The notes under the pieces are model-generated. The model ran no database searches and was not told the origin of the DNA. It worked only from the letters and a program-made list of their open reading frames with translations. Positions 13,390 to 26,361 of a DNA stretch of 64,000 bases are shown here, one piece after another. The stretch comes from Octopus vulgaris. Lineage: Eukaryota. A program made the position numbers and the translations under genes. The number at the start of each line of letters is the position of its first letter. Position 1 is the stretch's first letter. The stretch spans positions 3,410,001-3,474,000 of the forward strand of contig OX597819.1 of assembly GCA_951406725.2 (NCBI GenBank), written 5' to 3'.

Positions 13390-13966
13390 CTGTGTTTGAC
13401 TTTTGCTTTATATTTGTACAAGTTGGCTCCAAGTCTCACTCAGAGACCTCAAGAGACAACAGGTTGGAAGTTCGTGTTAGTGTTGTACTAGTGAATGACT
13501 AAAAAAAAAAAAAAACGAAAATTATGTTTGTTTTAAAACTTGAGATTACATAGAAAGTATTTTGCGTAGGATATGAGAAGTTCCCATGAGCACTATCTTT
13601 TGAATTTTTACCATTTTGGGGTTTCCTGGTATCTGAGCTAGGTAGCGATTAGCCCCTTTTGCTATCATTCCCAGGGCACCTATGACAACATATTGTTTCA
13701 GTCTTCAGGTTCCACATTTTGCTGATTTCTATTTCAAGATCTTTATATTTGCTCAGTTTTTGGTAGGTCTTAACAGATACATTTATATCGATTGGGACAG
13801 TCATATCAATGAGAAGGCATGATGTTTGTCTGAAGTCTTTCAATATGATGTCTGGCCTATTTGCATCTATCATTCTGTCAGTTTGAATGGTTAAGTTCCA
13901 GAGGAATGAGATGTGGTCATTTTCAAGCACTGGAGGTGGTTTGTGTTCCCACCAGTTTTTTCACCA

Positions 13967-13967
<1 letters not shown>
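13390..13967 (-). mobile_element. R4/Dong-like 3' fragment (same subfamily as 1646-2596) in (TAA)n
   Basis: LENDHIS.LWN.TIQTDR.IDANRPDIILKDFRQ...KLSKYKDLEIE; same 3'UTR; TAA arrays on both sides. Confidence 0.93.
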
Positions 13968-14034
<67 letters not shown>

Positions 14035-14036
<2 letters not shown>

Positions 14037-14107
14037 TCACTGCTTGGAATCGAACTCGAAATTTTGGGGTTAGTAGCCCGCGCTCTTAACCACTACGCCA
14101 TATGCCC
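14035..14107 (-). other. tRNA-like Pol III head (pseudo-tRNA)
   Basis: A box TGGCGTAGTGG, B box GAGTTCGATTCC, anticodon-like loop CTACTAA; acceptor stem imperfect. Confidence 0.7.
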
Positions 14108-14294
14108 GAAACGTTGTGTTAACAACAAACAAGATGAGGACAAAAATCCGTCAAATGTAAATAATGTAAATAATGTAGTCATGAATATATCTGAATTAAG
14201 AGTTAAGGATGGCTCCGTTGTAGAATCATATCGAGTCCCTTTCTTCTCGAGCACTAATTAAAAGAATATTTATCAGTGTTAGTTGGTATGTGTG

Positions 14295-14343
<49 letters not shown>

Positions 14344-14949
14344 CGTACAGATGTGTGTGTTTGTGTGTGCGTTTGTGTGAATGTCCCTTATCAATATTTC
14401 GACAGTATCATTTAGTGCTGGTGAACAAAATTGATTTCTAAAATGGTCAGGATATTAATTGAATGAAAACAGTGACTCATCGAACAGACAGTTGGCAGTA
14501 CTGTGTCACACGACTGTGTGATGATGAGAACGTTGTAGATCGAACATTTCTGATTGATGTGTTGATGGAAACTGTGTTCCAGAAACTGAACAAAGAGTTA
14601 TTAGTAATAAGAGATGATGTGGAACGACTAGGTGGCAACTACTTGTAACTGGTTAGTTTAGTTTAATGTATTATCTGGAAATCAATTCTTAGTAGGTGAA
14701 GTTTTCACAATATGGAGTTTTGAAAGCTCAAGTTTGTACAGTTTTAATACTGATGAATACGGAAACGAAATGTTTCTAGTGTTTTATCGTATCAAGCTTG
14801 CAAAATATAATCACATGTTGTAGGTTCAAACGATGAAATGTTTTTACTCATTTACAAAAAAAAAAAAATCTATGCAAGAGTATTGTTCACACATCTAAAT
14901 TCACCAGCCTCTCCTGCGCCTATATTTACATGTCTATATACATACATAT

Positions 14950-15028
<79 letters not shown>

Positions 15029-15545
15029 CATACATATATATACGTATACATACATATATATATATATACATATATATACATACACACACATATATATATA
15101 TATTAATATATATACATATATATACATATATATACATACATATATACATACATGTATATGTGTGTATATATATGTGTGTACATATGTGTATATATCTACA
15201 TATATATATACAAATATATATACTCACACACACACATACACACACATATATATATGCATATGTTTAATTACAAATCGAAACGGAAGCCTAGCTGCGGCAG
15301 CAGTGGAACAGCGCGCGACTGCTGACAGACAGGCAAATAGACAGACAGACACCCCCACCCACACACTTACGCAAAGACGCACACATGCTCATACACACAT
15401 ATATGTACATGTATATATGTAAGAATGTCTATACATGTATGTAGTTAAACATATGCATATATATATATGTGTGGGAGTATATATATCTGTGTACACACAC
15501 ATATATACACACATATACATGTGTAAATATAAATTCACAAACACA

Positions 15546-15593
<48 letters not shown>

Positions 15594-15597
15594 TATA

Positions 15598-15635
15598 GGC
15601 GCAGGAGTGGCTGTGTGGTAAGCAGCTTTGCTTCC
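15598..15635 (+). mobile_element. SINE-A head interrupted by Tx1-like insertion
   Basis: ggcgcaggagtggctgtgtggtaagcagctttgcttcc; matching aagtagcttgcttacc recurs at 17098-17113. Confidence 0.85.
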
Positions 15636-17097
15636 GGTTACCCAGAGTGCAATTGGTTTGTCGTTTGTGTGCGAGTCGGACGTTTTTCCTTTTGCTGCTT
15701 TGAGGTTAGTAATGTACTCGGACCTTAGCGGGTCTGAGCTGTCTTCTTCAGAGGAGGAGCTGCTAGGAGCAGTAGAAGGCATGGATGAATATTTGAAGAA
15801 AACGAAGAGTTTCCCAGAGGCTGTGGAGGTGAAGAGAAAAGTGGTGGATTTATCAAGAATGAAGGAGCATGGAAAAATGGTGCAGAAAGTGGGAGGCAAC
15901 GTGACGTTGTCACCCACACAAAGAATAATGGATGGCATAAAAAGGAGAACGGTCATATACAAAGTTTACTCGATAAAGAGTAAGAAGGTCGACCTAATAG
16001 AAATAGAGAAAATAGAAAAGGCAGTAAAGGAGGAATCCAACGGAGTAATATACATGACAAGAGGATGCCAATATGGGACAATGGTAGTCCAGTTTAGAAC
16101 AGAGGAGGAGGCAAGGAGGCTGGCGGGTAAAACCGTAAAGACGACGGAAATGGTCCTTCTACCCACGTATCTTGGAAGAAGGACTTCCAAGATAAGGGTA
16201 GAAGGAATTCCGCCTGATATAAATGTGGCTTGGGTAGCGCAGCTGTCCTTGTTGGAAGCGAGGAGAAGGTGGCTGTCCTCCAAGCAACAGAAACAGAAGG
16301 AGGGTGGAAAGGAAGGACGCTCGAGTTAATTATTCAGACGGAGGAGGGACAACTCGACAACTCGAGACGCTGGGGGAAATCGTGCTGAGGGTGTGGGTAG
16401 AGGGCAGAGTACCACGTTGCTTTAAATGTGGCCAAAAGGGCCACATTAGAGCATACTGCCCTCTACGAAGGACTACGGCTGAGGATATAGTTGTGGAGAC
16501 AGAAGAGAAAAGAAAGGAAGACAAAATAGACGAAGGAAACGATTAAAAAGAGGAAGAATGGAAAATTGCAGAACGCAAAAGGAGAAAGAGGAAAAAAAGA
16601 AAAGACACTGAGTATGATGTGGCACCCCAGTCCAACCCTATCCTACCCAAGACCACTCAGACCCACCCTCCCCATACAGACACTAAACCCACCCACCCCA
16701 TTTCCCCCCAAGAAAAAAAGAAAAAGAAAGAACAACTACCACAAAATTTAGAAGACTCCCCCTCCCGGTGAAAAAGGTTATGAATGCATGACGGAGAGAA
16801 TGTTATCTTTAAGTGACAGGGAAAAGGGAAAAAGGATTGGACGAGAAGAGAAAAAGGACTCGGGACCCAGAGACAGCGAGTTGTGTTACTCAGTGTGGGG
16901 TGAGTAGCACACTCTTCATAATATCATTTTCAGATATCATTCATATCATATTTTAATTTGTTCTTCATGTGCATTTTCATGTTCATTCATTATATCATAT
17001 TTTATTTTTAATTGTTATACGTCCCCACATGTGTTGTAGTGTCCCCTCTGTGTATTGCCTTTATGGCAAATTTAATAAAATAAAATAAAATAAAATA
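15636..17097 (+). mobile_element. Tx1/L1-like ORF1-only retroelement (HAL1-like) with 3'UTR and (TAAAA)n tail
   Basis: ORF1 with RRM-like region and CCHC knuckle CFKCGQKGHIRAYC, followed directly by a T-rich UTR, AATAAA repeats and a candidate target duplication; no EN/RT motifs. Confidence 0.75.
15712..16907 (+). pseudogene. Tx1-type ORF1 (RRM-like + CCHC), frameshifted
   Basis: GTMVVQFRTEEEARRL, LPTYLGRRTSKIRVEGIPP, LRVWVEGRVPRCFKCGQKGHIRAYC, K/R-rich C-terminus. Confidence 0.8.
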
Positions 17098-17113
17098 AAG
17101 TAGCTTGCTTACC

Positions 17114-18632
17114 CAGAATGCAACACTAGTTGGTCTGGACTGTTACAGTGAGAAGATGTGAGTTTCGGCTCCGTGAATAGAAAAAAAGAACAAAAAGAAA
17201 AATTGTCAATTATGGCTCGCTATAGCGAGCAAAATACTGGGTTCTCATCACCGTAACGGTGAATTGAGAATTTTTGCTTGAAAATTCTTCTTGTAAATTC
17301 TGGTGGGCGTATCTCGCCAGAAAAATAAGAATAAGCCATTTGGATTACCTTTTTGGAGTATTATACAAAGGATTCCCTGTCTGTGCTATTTGTGAGGCTT
17401 TTCTTTTACTTTTCCCTTCTATTTTTTCTTTCTTTCTAAATTTTGGTTCAGTCTTTTCATTACTTTAATTTCAGTTTCCTCAACTCCTCTTTTATTTTGG
17501 TTTATTTTTATTCGGTTTAATTTTTTGGCAGACTGTCTTTTGAACTACTTTTGAACTGTTTTTTGACATGGCAGAGAAGGAACTTAAAAAGAAAAACTCT
17601 GTCTTAGAGTGGGAAATTAACCCGCCTAAGCAGTGGTTAAAAGATATGGAGGAGAAGACGGTTATACTTAGAACGTATTCTAAAGTTCTTAATTCCATCA
17701 CCGTCTTCTCAAAACAAGTCATAAAAAATGAACTTAAAGAACATTTGTCCTCTTTAAAATATATATCCTGTGGTGTCAAACATGCAACCGTATGGTTGCT
17801 GTTTGACAACGGGGAAAAGGCTCGCCAGTTTGCGAGTCAGCCTTTAGAAGGCAAGGAAATTCTGTTCCTTCCGTCATATTGTGGAAGAAAATTAATACGA
17901 GCCTGGGTATGTGGGTTGCCCCCGGGCACCGAAGCGGATTGGATTGATGATACCATCCGACGGGGACTGGGGGATGGCGGGCCCAGGCTCTTAAATGTAA
18001 GGGTATTGCCGGCGGTCGATTGGGAAGGGTCTAAAGCGATTTTGACCCTGTGGACCCCATCGGCCGCAACAGATCTGGTTTTTCCAGATTTCTTGAAAAT
18101 GGCTGGCTGCAGGTATCCGGTGATACTTGAGGGACGTTCCCCAAGAGTCACTCGTGCCTGCAGCCAGGCCACATTAAAAGGAACTGCCCCCAGGACCATG
18201 GTAAGGTCCTGGAACAGTCACTAGATGCCACCTCCCCTACCCGGTCAAAGGGAGAGGTGGATATGGTCGAAGAGGCTTCAGCCTCCTCAACTCAAAAAGG
18301 ATTAAAAATGAAGAAGGCGGGCAACAATAGTTGCCCGCCGAAGGAACTTAAGGTTTCGGGAGGCGGGGGAGAGTCTCCGGACAAAGCGGAAGAACTCCAC
18401 TCTCCCGAAGCCAGGAAGAAAAGAAAAAAAAAGAAGGAAGAAGAACGGGTAATCTCAGCGGGGAGATGATGTGCAGTCTGCATGTCCCGAAGTTGTGCCA
18501 CCCACGGTGGAAGAAACCACCCACACCCTTAAAGATGATCAATTAATTATCTTCTTCTACAAGGGCGGGAAGGTGGAAAAAATAGTAGAAGAACATAAAG
18601 AGACAGTAGATATGCCCTTCACACGGGATCCC
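17114..18632 (+). mobile_element. Second Tx1/L1-like element, 5'UTR + ORF1; 3' part lost at a mariner fragment
   Basis: ORF 17568..18224 is homologous to the first ORF1 (ATVWLLFDNGEKARQF, LPSYCGRKLIRAWVCGLPP, VILEGR) with a frameshifted knuckle SHSCLQPGHIKRNC. Confidence 0.8.
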
Positions 18633-18900
18633 GATGTGCAGATAGTTATGGTTCAGTTCAGTCCATTATCGCAGAAGATTTGGGTATGAGACGTGTGTTT
18701 GCCAAGTCTGTGTCCAAACTGCTTTCAGCTGACCAAAAAGACACTCGGGTTTCAGTTGCACATTCTCTTTGATTGTATCAAGAACGGCAAAACTTTTTTT
18801 TACTTCACTCTGCGTGCTTTAGCTTCGTTACTATGGCAACAGTCCAGATACTTATTGATCAGACCACATATACTTCATACTGAAAGTGTGAGTGGTTGAA
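18633..18900 (+). mobile_element. Mariner transposase fragment
   Basis: SYGSVQSIIAEDLGMRRVFAKSVSKLLSADQKDTRVSVA, matching the HTH-WVPHEL linker region. Confidence 0.75.
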
Positions 18901-20549
18901 TGGACTATCAAACGGTTCTGTCTGCGTTGGTACTGCATATTCGTATGTGGCATAGATAAGTCTTAAAACAACCCAATTTACTCAGCTGCATATAAGTTTC
19001 GTCCTTTGAAGCAGCGAATGTTTAAGAAGTGAGAGACTAATTGCTATAGAATGAATTTGTATTTGTTCAGCAGTATCCGAATTGGTCAAACGAAGGCAGC
19101 AGAAAACCTGCTTTTCCATTTGGCTCAATATATTTGTGTCAAAAAGAAGGCTTTCTGTCATAGCAAGTATAAAGTGAAGTATAGAAATCGTCCGTAAGAG
19201 AAAGGTGATATGCGACTTGCCCAGACAAGCATTCGCCCAGAATAAAACAGCTTTGCTATATATTTTATTTACCTGTGTGTTTTTATTTTCGGTTTAATTA
19301 GATATATTGTACATTCAGGCCAACACCATGGTAGAGAAAGAAGAATTATATGGATGCAAACTTTGTTTTCTTGTTTCATTAATATAGAAGGGAGTGGACA
19401 AATTTCACTTATATTTTTTGTTATGGGATCTGGTACTTCGCAATTTGAGGATCGCTGCATTGAGCACAGTAAATTTGACTTGTGGTCTGATTAACTTCGG
19501 TGAGCTTGGAGTAGGTAATGGGAAACCACTAGAAAACTGGCGGAGTCGTTCATGCATTTAGTAGAATGAACCCCAGTATTTGTTCCAATTTTCTGCACCA
19601 AGTTCAAATCCTGCCGAGGTCAATTTTATCTTTCATCCTTTCGGGGTTGATAAAAAATATATAATCCAAAGTGGTGGTTTGAGAGAATTGTTAGAGTGGT
19701 AGACGAGATGGCCAGGGCTGTGTACCGGCTCTTTGCGCTCTAATGGCAACACTTACGACGATAATGCTGTCGGGTTGTATCGACCATTAAGAAAAGCCTT
19801 CCTCTTGGACTACGCTGGTGATATGATAAGAGGAGACTGCTAACTTCTACAAAATCCTTGCCCAGGCCTGCTAAAATAAGACAAACATGGTCAACATCGA
19901 CCAAAAGAGTGTGTGAAAAAGATATATAAACATTAAAATGACGATTAGGTTATTTTTAGTGTCAACAGGGTGTCAGGGTTGTTTGATTAGGATATTTCAC
20001 TTATAACTAGAATATCTATTAAGAGTAACAACATAACGTGTGCAAGCAAATAGATGAGAGATGGAGACTTTTGAATTTCTCACTTTTATTGCAGTTAGTC
20101 TAGCCTCATAAAGATCTTTCTCCCTTATCTTATTACATTTAAAACGCAAAATTAAGTAGTCTCAAACCACACTGGTATTTGAACGATTCAGAATTTATTA
20201 AAAAAATGTAATTTGATTATTAAATCATTCCCCAAATTAATGAGGCCAACGGGCAAATGACTCCGAGGTGGAAGTGTACTCAGCAGATTCATTACTTTTA
20301 TTTATCAATACTTTATAATTTTATGCCAAATGTGTATTTTTCTTTAATTATGAAGCTACACTTTTTGCACGATTTTTTTTGGAGAGAAATTAATTTCATT
20401 TCTAGAAGTCCATTACATTCTATAAATTATCATATTCACTAATTGAAACTTATCTAGTACACAACACTTGAAGCATGTGAACTTGTAGTGCGATTCAGTA
20501 TAATAGCTATTTCCATTTATAAGAGCATTTTAGGAAAATATATTGTACA

Positions 20550-20946
20550 TCTATATATATAAAAGTGAAGTTGTGTGAGTGTCTGTCTCCTACGATTTAG
20601 ATTCCTAACTACTCCCACATTCTGCGGTGCAGTGTAACCAAAAGCGGGTATCTTATAGTCGTGATTCATATCGAGCCCTTCTGGGTATTAGCGCGCGTCT
20701 ACGATGAGTCTACGATTTAAAAAAAATTTCCATAATTTTTCCCCATTTTTAATGCATTTTTTTTGCTATTATATAAGGGAAGTAACTCTCTAAAAATGTA
20801 TTATTAAATCTCAGAACGTAAAAAGCTACAGTAACCCCCCCTTTGAGGTTAGCCATATTGAGATGGCTATTATACTTTACATCTCTAAAAATGCTTATAT
20901 AGTTATTTCCCTTACAAACCCGAGCAACGCCGGGCGATACTGCTAG
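20550..20946 (+). mobile_element. Complete non-autonomous Helitron (about 397 bp)
   Basis: A|TC 5' end (tctatatatataaaag), subterminal hairpin cccg-agcaacgc-cggg, CTAG|T 3' end, no TSD. Confidence 0.9.
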
Positions 20947-21492
20947 TATTATATAAAATGATGTTGATATTTATCTTATAATAATTTTTCAGAATTTAAA
21001 GCCTACTAACATTGTATAAATAACTTTATATTAATAAATCTGTTACCAATGAGTAAATTTCGCTTAGAAATAAATTCTGAACAAAATTTACTCAGTTGTA
21101 ACTTGAAATATTATTTGTTGAATATTTTCTTCCTTTGTCCTGAGTCAGCCATTCCGGATAAAACTGACTAGTTTCGATTTATTAATATATTTTGATTTGT
21201 TTAAGTCTGCTGTAATTGAGTATCGATTCAATTTTTCTGTTAATTGCGGATGTTTGGTGAGAAGATGCAAGCAGTTTCAATTACCTACGTTACAGAAGTT
21301 TCAACTGTTACCATCTCAACATGACAGAAGGTGAGAGAATACATTATTAGACTATCAGCCCATGATTAATGATTTCAAGCATACTGAAGGTACTTCTAAA
21401 TGCCTTATTAGTTAAAACAATATACAAGAAACGTAGATTGAGCACATACCCCGCAAAATCCATTGCATGCACGAGTCAACAAGGAAGCTATT

Positions 21493-21826
21493 CACTGGTT
21501 CTCAACCGGGGTTCATATGGTCTCTGAGGGTCCATATAAGATTTTTGGGGGTTCACATAACAAAATAATAAAATGGGGATCCACAAGAGTATTTTAAGGG
21601 AGCCTAAAAAAATGTTTGCTTTAGATGTACGTATTGGTACGTACTGCAAGAAACAGCGAGGTTTCTCCCTCTAAAATTTTACGTAGTTCAACCAACACAA
21701 GTTAATAGAGTTTTGAAAGAAGTATGTATAAAACTAGTTTTTAAACATTGAATGGCTCTGGCGGTCCACCAGAATAAAATAGTAATCAAAAGGGGTCTAT
21801 GGATAAAAAATAGTTGAGAATTCCTG
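21493..21826. mobile_element. hAT (Charlie-like) MITE, degenerate
   Basis: Imperfect TIRs cactggttctcaac / gttgagaattcctg; 8-bp TSD not conserved. Confidence 0.6.
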
Positions 21827-21989
21827 CTTTATATGATCATTCAACCTGATAGAAATAGCAGCCAAATCTTCTCAATACTTTTCAAAAAGGATAATACTGA
21901 AATACCTCTGACCATAGATCTGCTCGATTAGGGTAGACCCGGGGCTAAATAACAACAAAAACAACAACAACAACACTATCTGTAACATA

Positions 21990-22222
21990 GGGCGGCGAGC
22001 TGGCAGAAACGTTAGCGCGCCGGGCGAAATGCTTCGCGGTATTTCGTCTGTCGTTACGTTCTGAGTTAAAATTCTGCCGAGGTCGACTTTGCCTTTCATC
22101 CTTTCGGGGTCGATAAATAAAGTACCAGTTTCGCACTGGGGGTCGATGTAATCGACTTAATCCCTTTGTTTGTCCTTGTTTGTCCTCTCTATGTTTAGCC
22201 CCTTGTGGGCAGTAAAGAAATA
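21990..22222 (+). mobile_element. Full-length SINE-B with 13-bp TSD
   Basis: TSD tatctgtaacata at 21977-21989 and 22223-22235; head ggcggcgagctggcagaaacg; core gcctttcatcctttcggggtcgataaa; tail gccccttgtgggcagtaaagaaata. Confidence 0.93.
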
Positions 22223-22419
22223 TATCTGTAACATACTTTAGATGTTTAGTTGAATTTTAATTTTATATGCAGTAAAATAGAAATTAGTAGGAACGTCATT
22301 GAAATATTACCGAAGAGAACTTTTCGATTGATTGCAAAAGATAATTTCCGATTTTACGTTTGGATGTCAAAATTCATAAATAATTTTAGTGATGACGATG
22401 TTGATTTCTTCTTTGTATT

Positions 22420-22828
22420 CATTTATCTTTGACTTGTTTCAGTCATTGTATTGCGGCCATGCTGGGTCACTGCATGGAAGGGTTTGTTCGAACAATTCAA
22501 ACCAGTACTTATGTGAAAGAAAGGTACTTATTATATCGGTCTCTTTTGCCGAACCGCTTGGCAACGGGGACGTAAAAACCCAACAGTGGCTGTCAAGCTC
22601 TGGTGAGGGACAAACACAAATACATACGTATAGCTATACACACACACACACGCGCGCGCGCACGAGTATATACGAGGAGCCTCTTTTAGTTTCCATCTAC
22701 CAAATCCACCCACAAGGCTTTGGTCGACTCGGGGCTACAACAGAGGACACCTTGCGCAAGGGGCAGCGCATTAAGACTGAACCTAAGATCATATAGTTGG
22801 GAAGAAGCTTCTTAACTACACAGCCACA
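22420..22828 (-). mobile_element. SINE-A copy, diverged
   Basis: Reverse complement is colinear with 3841-4270. Confidence 0.8.
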
Positions 22829-23453
22829 AAATTTTGCGAAAACGAAGATTTTATTGTGAAATTCCACAAAAAAGCAACAACATAGACCTATAATTTAAAA
22901 CCAATAAAATACGTCATCAACTGTAATACGAAGGAAATTCTGTTGATCTTAATCAAGTATGACTTTATTTCCTTCTGTAGCTGTTTGAGATCACGTGATA
23001 GCACACTTCCTACATCGAAGACAATTTTCTATCTAATTACAAATCTCTTATTTAGATTAGGCATGCTGACCTTTGACTTGAAATCGATATCTTTAAAATG
23101 CTTGCTAGAAGGCCAAGTCAACCTTGAATCAGGTGTCGCTGTTTCGTTAGAAAAAAGAATTGTGAAGATATGTAACTTAAAGGAAGCAGCAGAACTGAGT
23201 ACATATTTTGTGTTTCTTATCTATTATTTTACATGCAGTTAGTTATAGGCGAAGACCATAATACATCTGAATAAAATCGAACACTTTATGCACATGTACA
23301 AACACACACACACACTGAAGCACAAACCATACATACATAGATACACACACACGCACACATATACACACGAATTTGTTTTCTAATTCACTGATTTTAAATT
23401 TCGATAAATGTATTATGCAGCAATCATAAACGCTTATTTAATCGTTCGAATGG

Positions 23454-23516
<63 letters not shown>

Positions 23517-23664
23517 GCACACACACATACACGCACATATACGTGTATACATGTGTATATGTATGTCTATTATATATATGTGTGATGTATGTGTATTATA
23601 CATATAAGTGTGTGTATACATATGTGAGTATGCATGTATATTATATATATATATACATATAAAT

Positions 23665-23740
<76 letters not shown>

Positions 23741-24328
23741 GTATAAGCGCAAAAATACATTTCAATTAATTGATTTTTAATTGGAATTAATGTATAAATG
23801 CAAAATATTTAAAAATATTTACACACGCTCATGTGTGCTGACACAGACACACACACACAGACACACACACACACAGACACACACACACAGACACACACAC
23901 ACAGACACACACACATATTAGTAGGCAATGATGACAAATGGGAATCAAAATAACTAGAATCCATTCACCTGAATGTACATTCATAAAAGGAACGGAAGGT
24001 TAAATTATATGTGGCTTATAGATATTTTAATATAAGCGTTTATATATCAATACTTGAAAAATTATTTAAAAATGGAATATTTTTTGCAATTTTTAATTAT
24101 CAGTTAAAGGAAAATTTTAAGAAGATAGGTAAAAGTCTGGTAAAGTAGTTCAGTTTCAAGCACATTCGATGATAATAGCGATTTTCTCACAGTGAAGAAA
24201 AACATTAGTTCTTTTAATTTTGAAAATTTGTCAAAATTTTGTTGAATGCGTAGAATTATCGGTAATGCTTTAAAAATGTTAGCATTTTAAACCTTATATA
24301 GTTTTTTTTACGTCGATAAAGTGTGATG

Positions 24329-24827
24329 TGTGTGTGACCTCCTTCGGTCACGAATGACCATGGAATTGCACCTAGAAAGTTACCCTCCGAGGTACAAGTC
24401 TGGGCAAGGTTGTTTATGGAAGACCAGCAGTCGCCCACGCATACCAGCCTCCCGTCTCCACGCCACTTATGTTATCCAAGGGAAAGGCAAAGGCCGATAC
24501 AGCTTGGCACCGGTGACGTCGCAACTCATTAACATGCAAGTGGCTGAACACTCCACAGACACGTGTACCCTTAACGTAGTTCTCGAGGAGATTCAGCGTG
24601 ACAAGGCTGGCCCTTTGAAATACAGGTACAACAGAAACAGGAAGAAAGAGTGAGAGAAAGTTGTGGTGAAAGAGTACAACATGGTTCACCACCGCCCCCG
24701 GCCGGAGCCTCGTGGAGCTTTAGGTGTTTTCGCTCAATAAACACTCACAATGCCTGTCTGGGAATCGAAACCGCGATCCTACGACCGCGAGTCCACTGCC
24801 CTAACCACTGGGCCATTGCGCCTCCAC
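24329..24827 (-). mobile_element. SINE-C: tRNA-Arg-like head with RTE-like 3' tail
   Basis: A box TGGCCCAGTGG, TCG in the anticodon region, B box GGTTTCGATTCC; tail ggtcattcgtgaccgaagga. Confidence 0.8.
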
Positions 24828-25449
24828 ATTTTGGTAATTTTTTTCTATATAATGGTGAGTTGGCTACAACGCATCAGGCCGCTGCTACTAATCTGCGGCA
24901 GCTTGGTCTAGATGCGTTTTAAGAATTTCAGAGAAAGCGTTGTCGTGTTTTGCAAACATTTTCGCTGACAGTTTTGCATCTGACGACCTTTATAAATATT
25001 AAATTGTTGCCGTGTTCACTTCTGATGCGAGTATTTGAAGAAGGAAGTTTTGAAATCCGATGCTACCACTCATATCTCTGTTTATATTTCTGTATTGTAT
25101 ATCAAAGTTCGGAAATTTTCCATGTAAAATAGTATATTGTTCCCTCTAACTTCTAAAGAACAGAGACACAATGCATAATGGTATGCTTAAGATGCTCGAA
25201 TTTACTTACATTTTGGTGGTAGATACCACCGGGGAACTATTGCCGTGAGACAGCAGTTCAACTTGCTTAACACAATATATTTTCGAAGTTGTATCAACAT
25301 CACTGTCAAATCTCTCATTGTAAAAGCTTTTAGTATCAAACCACTAATCTCCTGATAGTTTGAAAGCAATGCTTCTGTAGACTTGGTTATATCTTAGTCA
25401 TAAATGAGCGCAGAAATTTTAGTTGTTTCACTACTGGGGAAAAGATAAA

Positions 25450-26200
25450 ATAATTTGTTGCTTATCCTCTTTCCTTAACGAAGGGCACGTTATCTTGTCG
25501 TTTTCAACGATATCATCGTAATTCTCCCAGTGATATATAAGCGTTAAGGTTTTACTGAAGTGCGCAGACAATACCGTTTGTCTTGATCTCTACCGTCACT
25601 TTCGTGTCATCTGCTTAGCTGTTAAATATGGCTGATTCTATATATTTGTTCAACACATAACAACAATATGAAAAACAAAAGAGACCTCAGAACGCTGCTT
25701 TGTGGTACTCTTAACAATAAGCTTTTTGGATTATGGAATCCAATAGAACACTATTAAACATTGCTGTATCAGGAAATCAGAGAAGAAATTGCATAAACTT
25801 GTGTTGCCGTAGTTGCAGTATCAGACATTTTCTTCTGAGGTAGAGACCGTATTTTGTAGTGTTCAATTTTGTAGTCTAAATAGTTTATTACACTTCTGTG
25901 TATGATTTTCTACCGAGCATTTGATAGACACACTGTAAATGACATAGCTCAATCGTAGATGTATGTGTTTTGGTAATTGTTAATGACAAACGGCCAGGAA
26001 ATTAGGAGATTCAGCGAACATGTTAGAGACATCCGATACGAAAGTGTCATTTCCGCTCGGTGGATCATGCCATCCAGTACCCACTATTTCCGATCTTGCC
26101 TTACGTGCAGGACGGCAGATTCTCTGTATCCGAAGAGAATAGTGAAGTCATATCCCTTCTTACAACTTTCCAGCCACCCGATTCAAATTCTCAACTTACT
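25450..26200 (-). mobile_element. Degenerate CR1/L2-group RT remnant
   Basis: Minus strand encodes VPQSSVLRSLLF and *ADDTKV. Confidence 0.6.
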
Positions 26201-26319
26201 TCCATTGAAACACTTTTTAAAATATATACATACACTACCCTCACCATGCTACAATAAAACCATCATAATTCATCTGTCCCTCTCCACCACACATATTCAG
26301 CTACTAATGACACAAACAG

Positions 26320-26361
<42 letters not shown>

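Larger units (their letters stand above)
13178..14178 (-). mobile_element. Non-coding element: tRNA-like head, (TAA)n, minimal hammerhead, inverted terminal duplication (PLE-dependent or retrozyme-like); interrupted by an R4 insertion
   Basis: tRNA-like 14035-14107; hammerhead 13237-13280; 13185-13248 is an inverted copy of 14107-14175. Confidence 0.7.

Noticed and set aside
14035-14107. Functional tRNA gene
   Set aside because: Acceptor stem is poor, the ACT anticodon is atypical, and it lies inside a repeat element
14745-14785. CTGATGA...GAAA hammerhead-like motif
   Set aside because: Stems II and III do not pair; at best a decayed remnant
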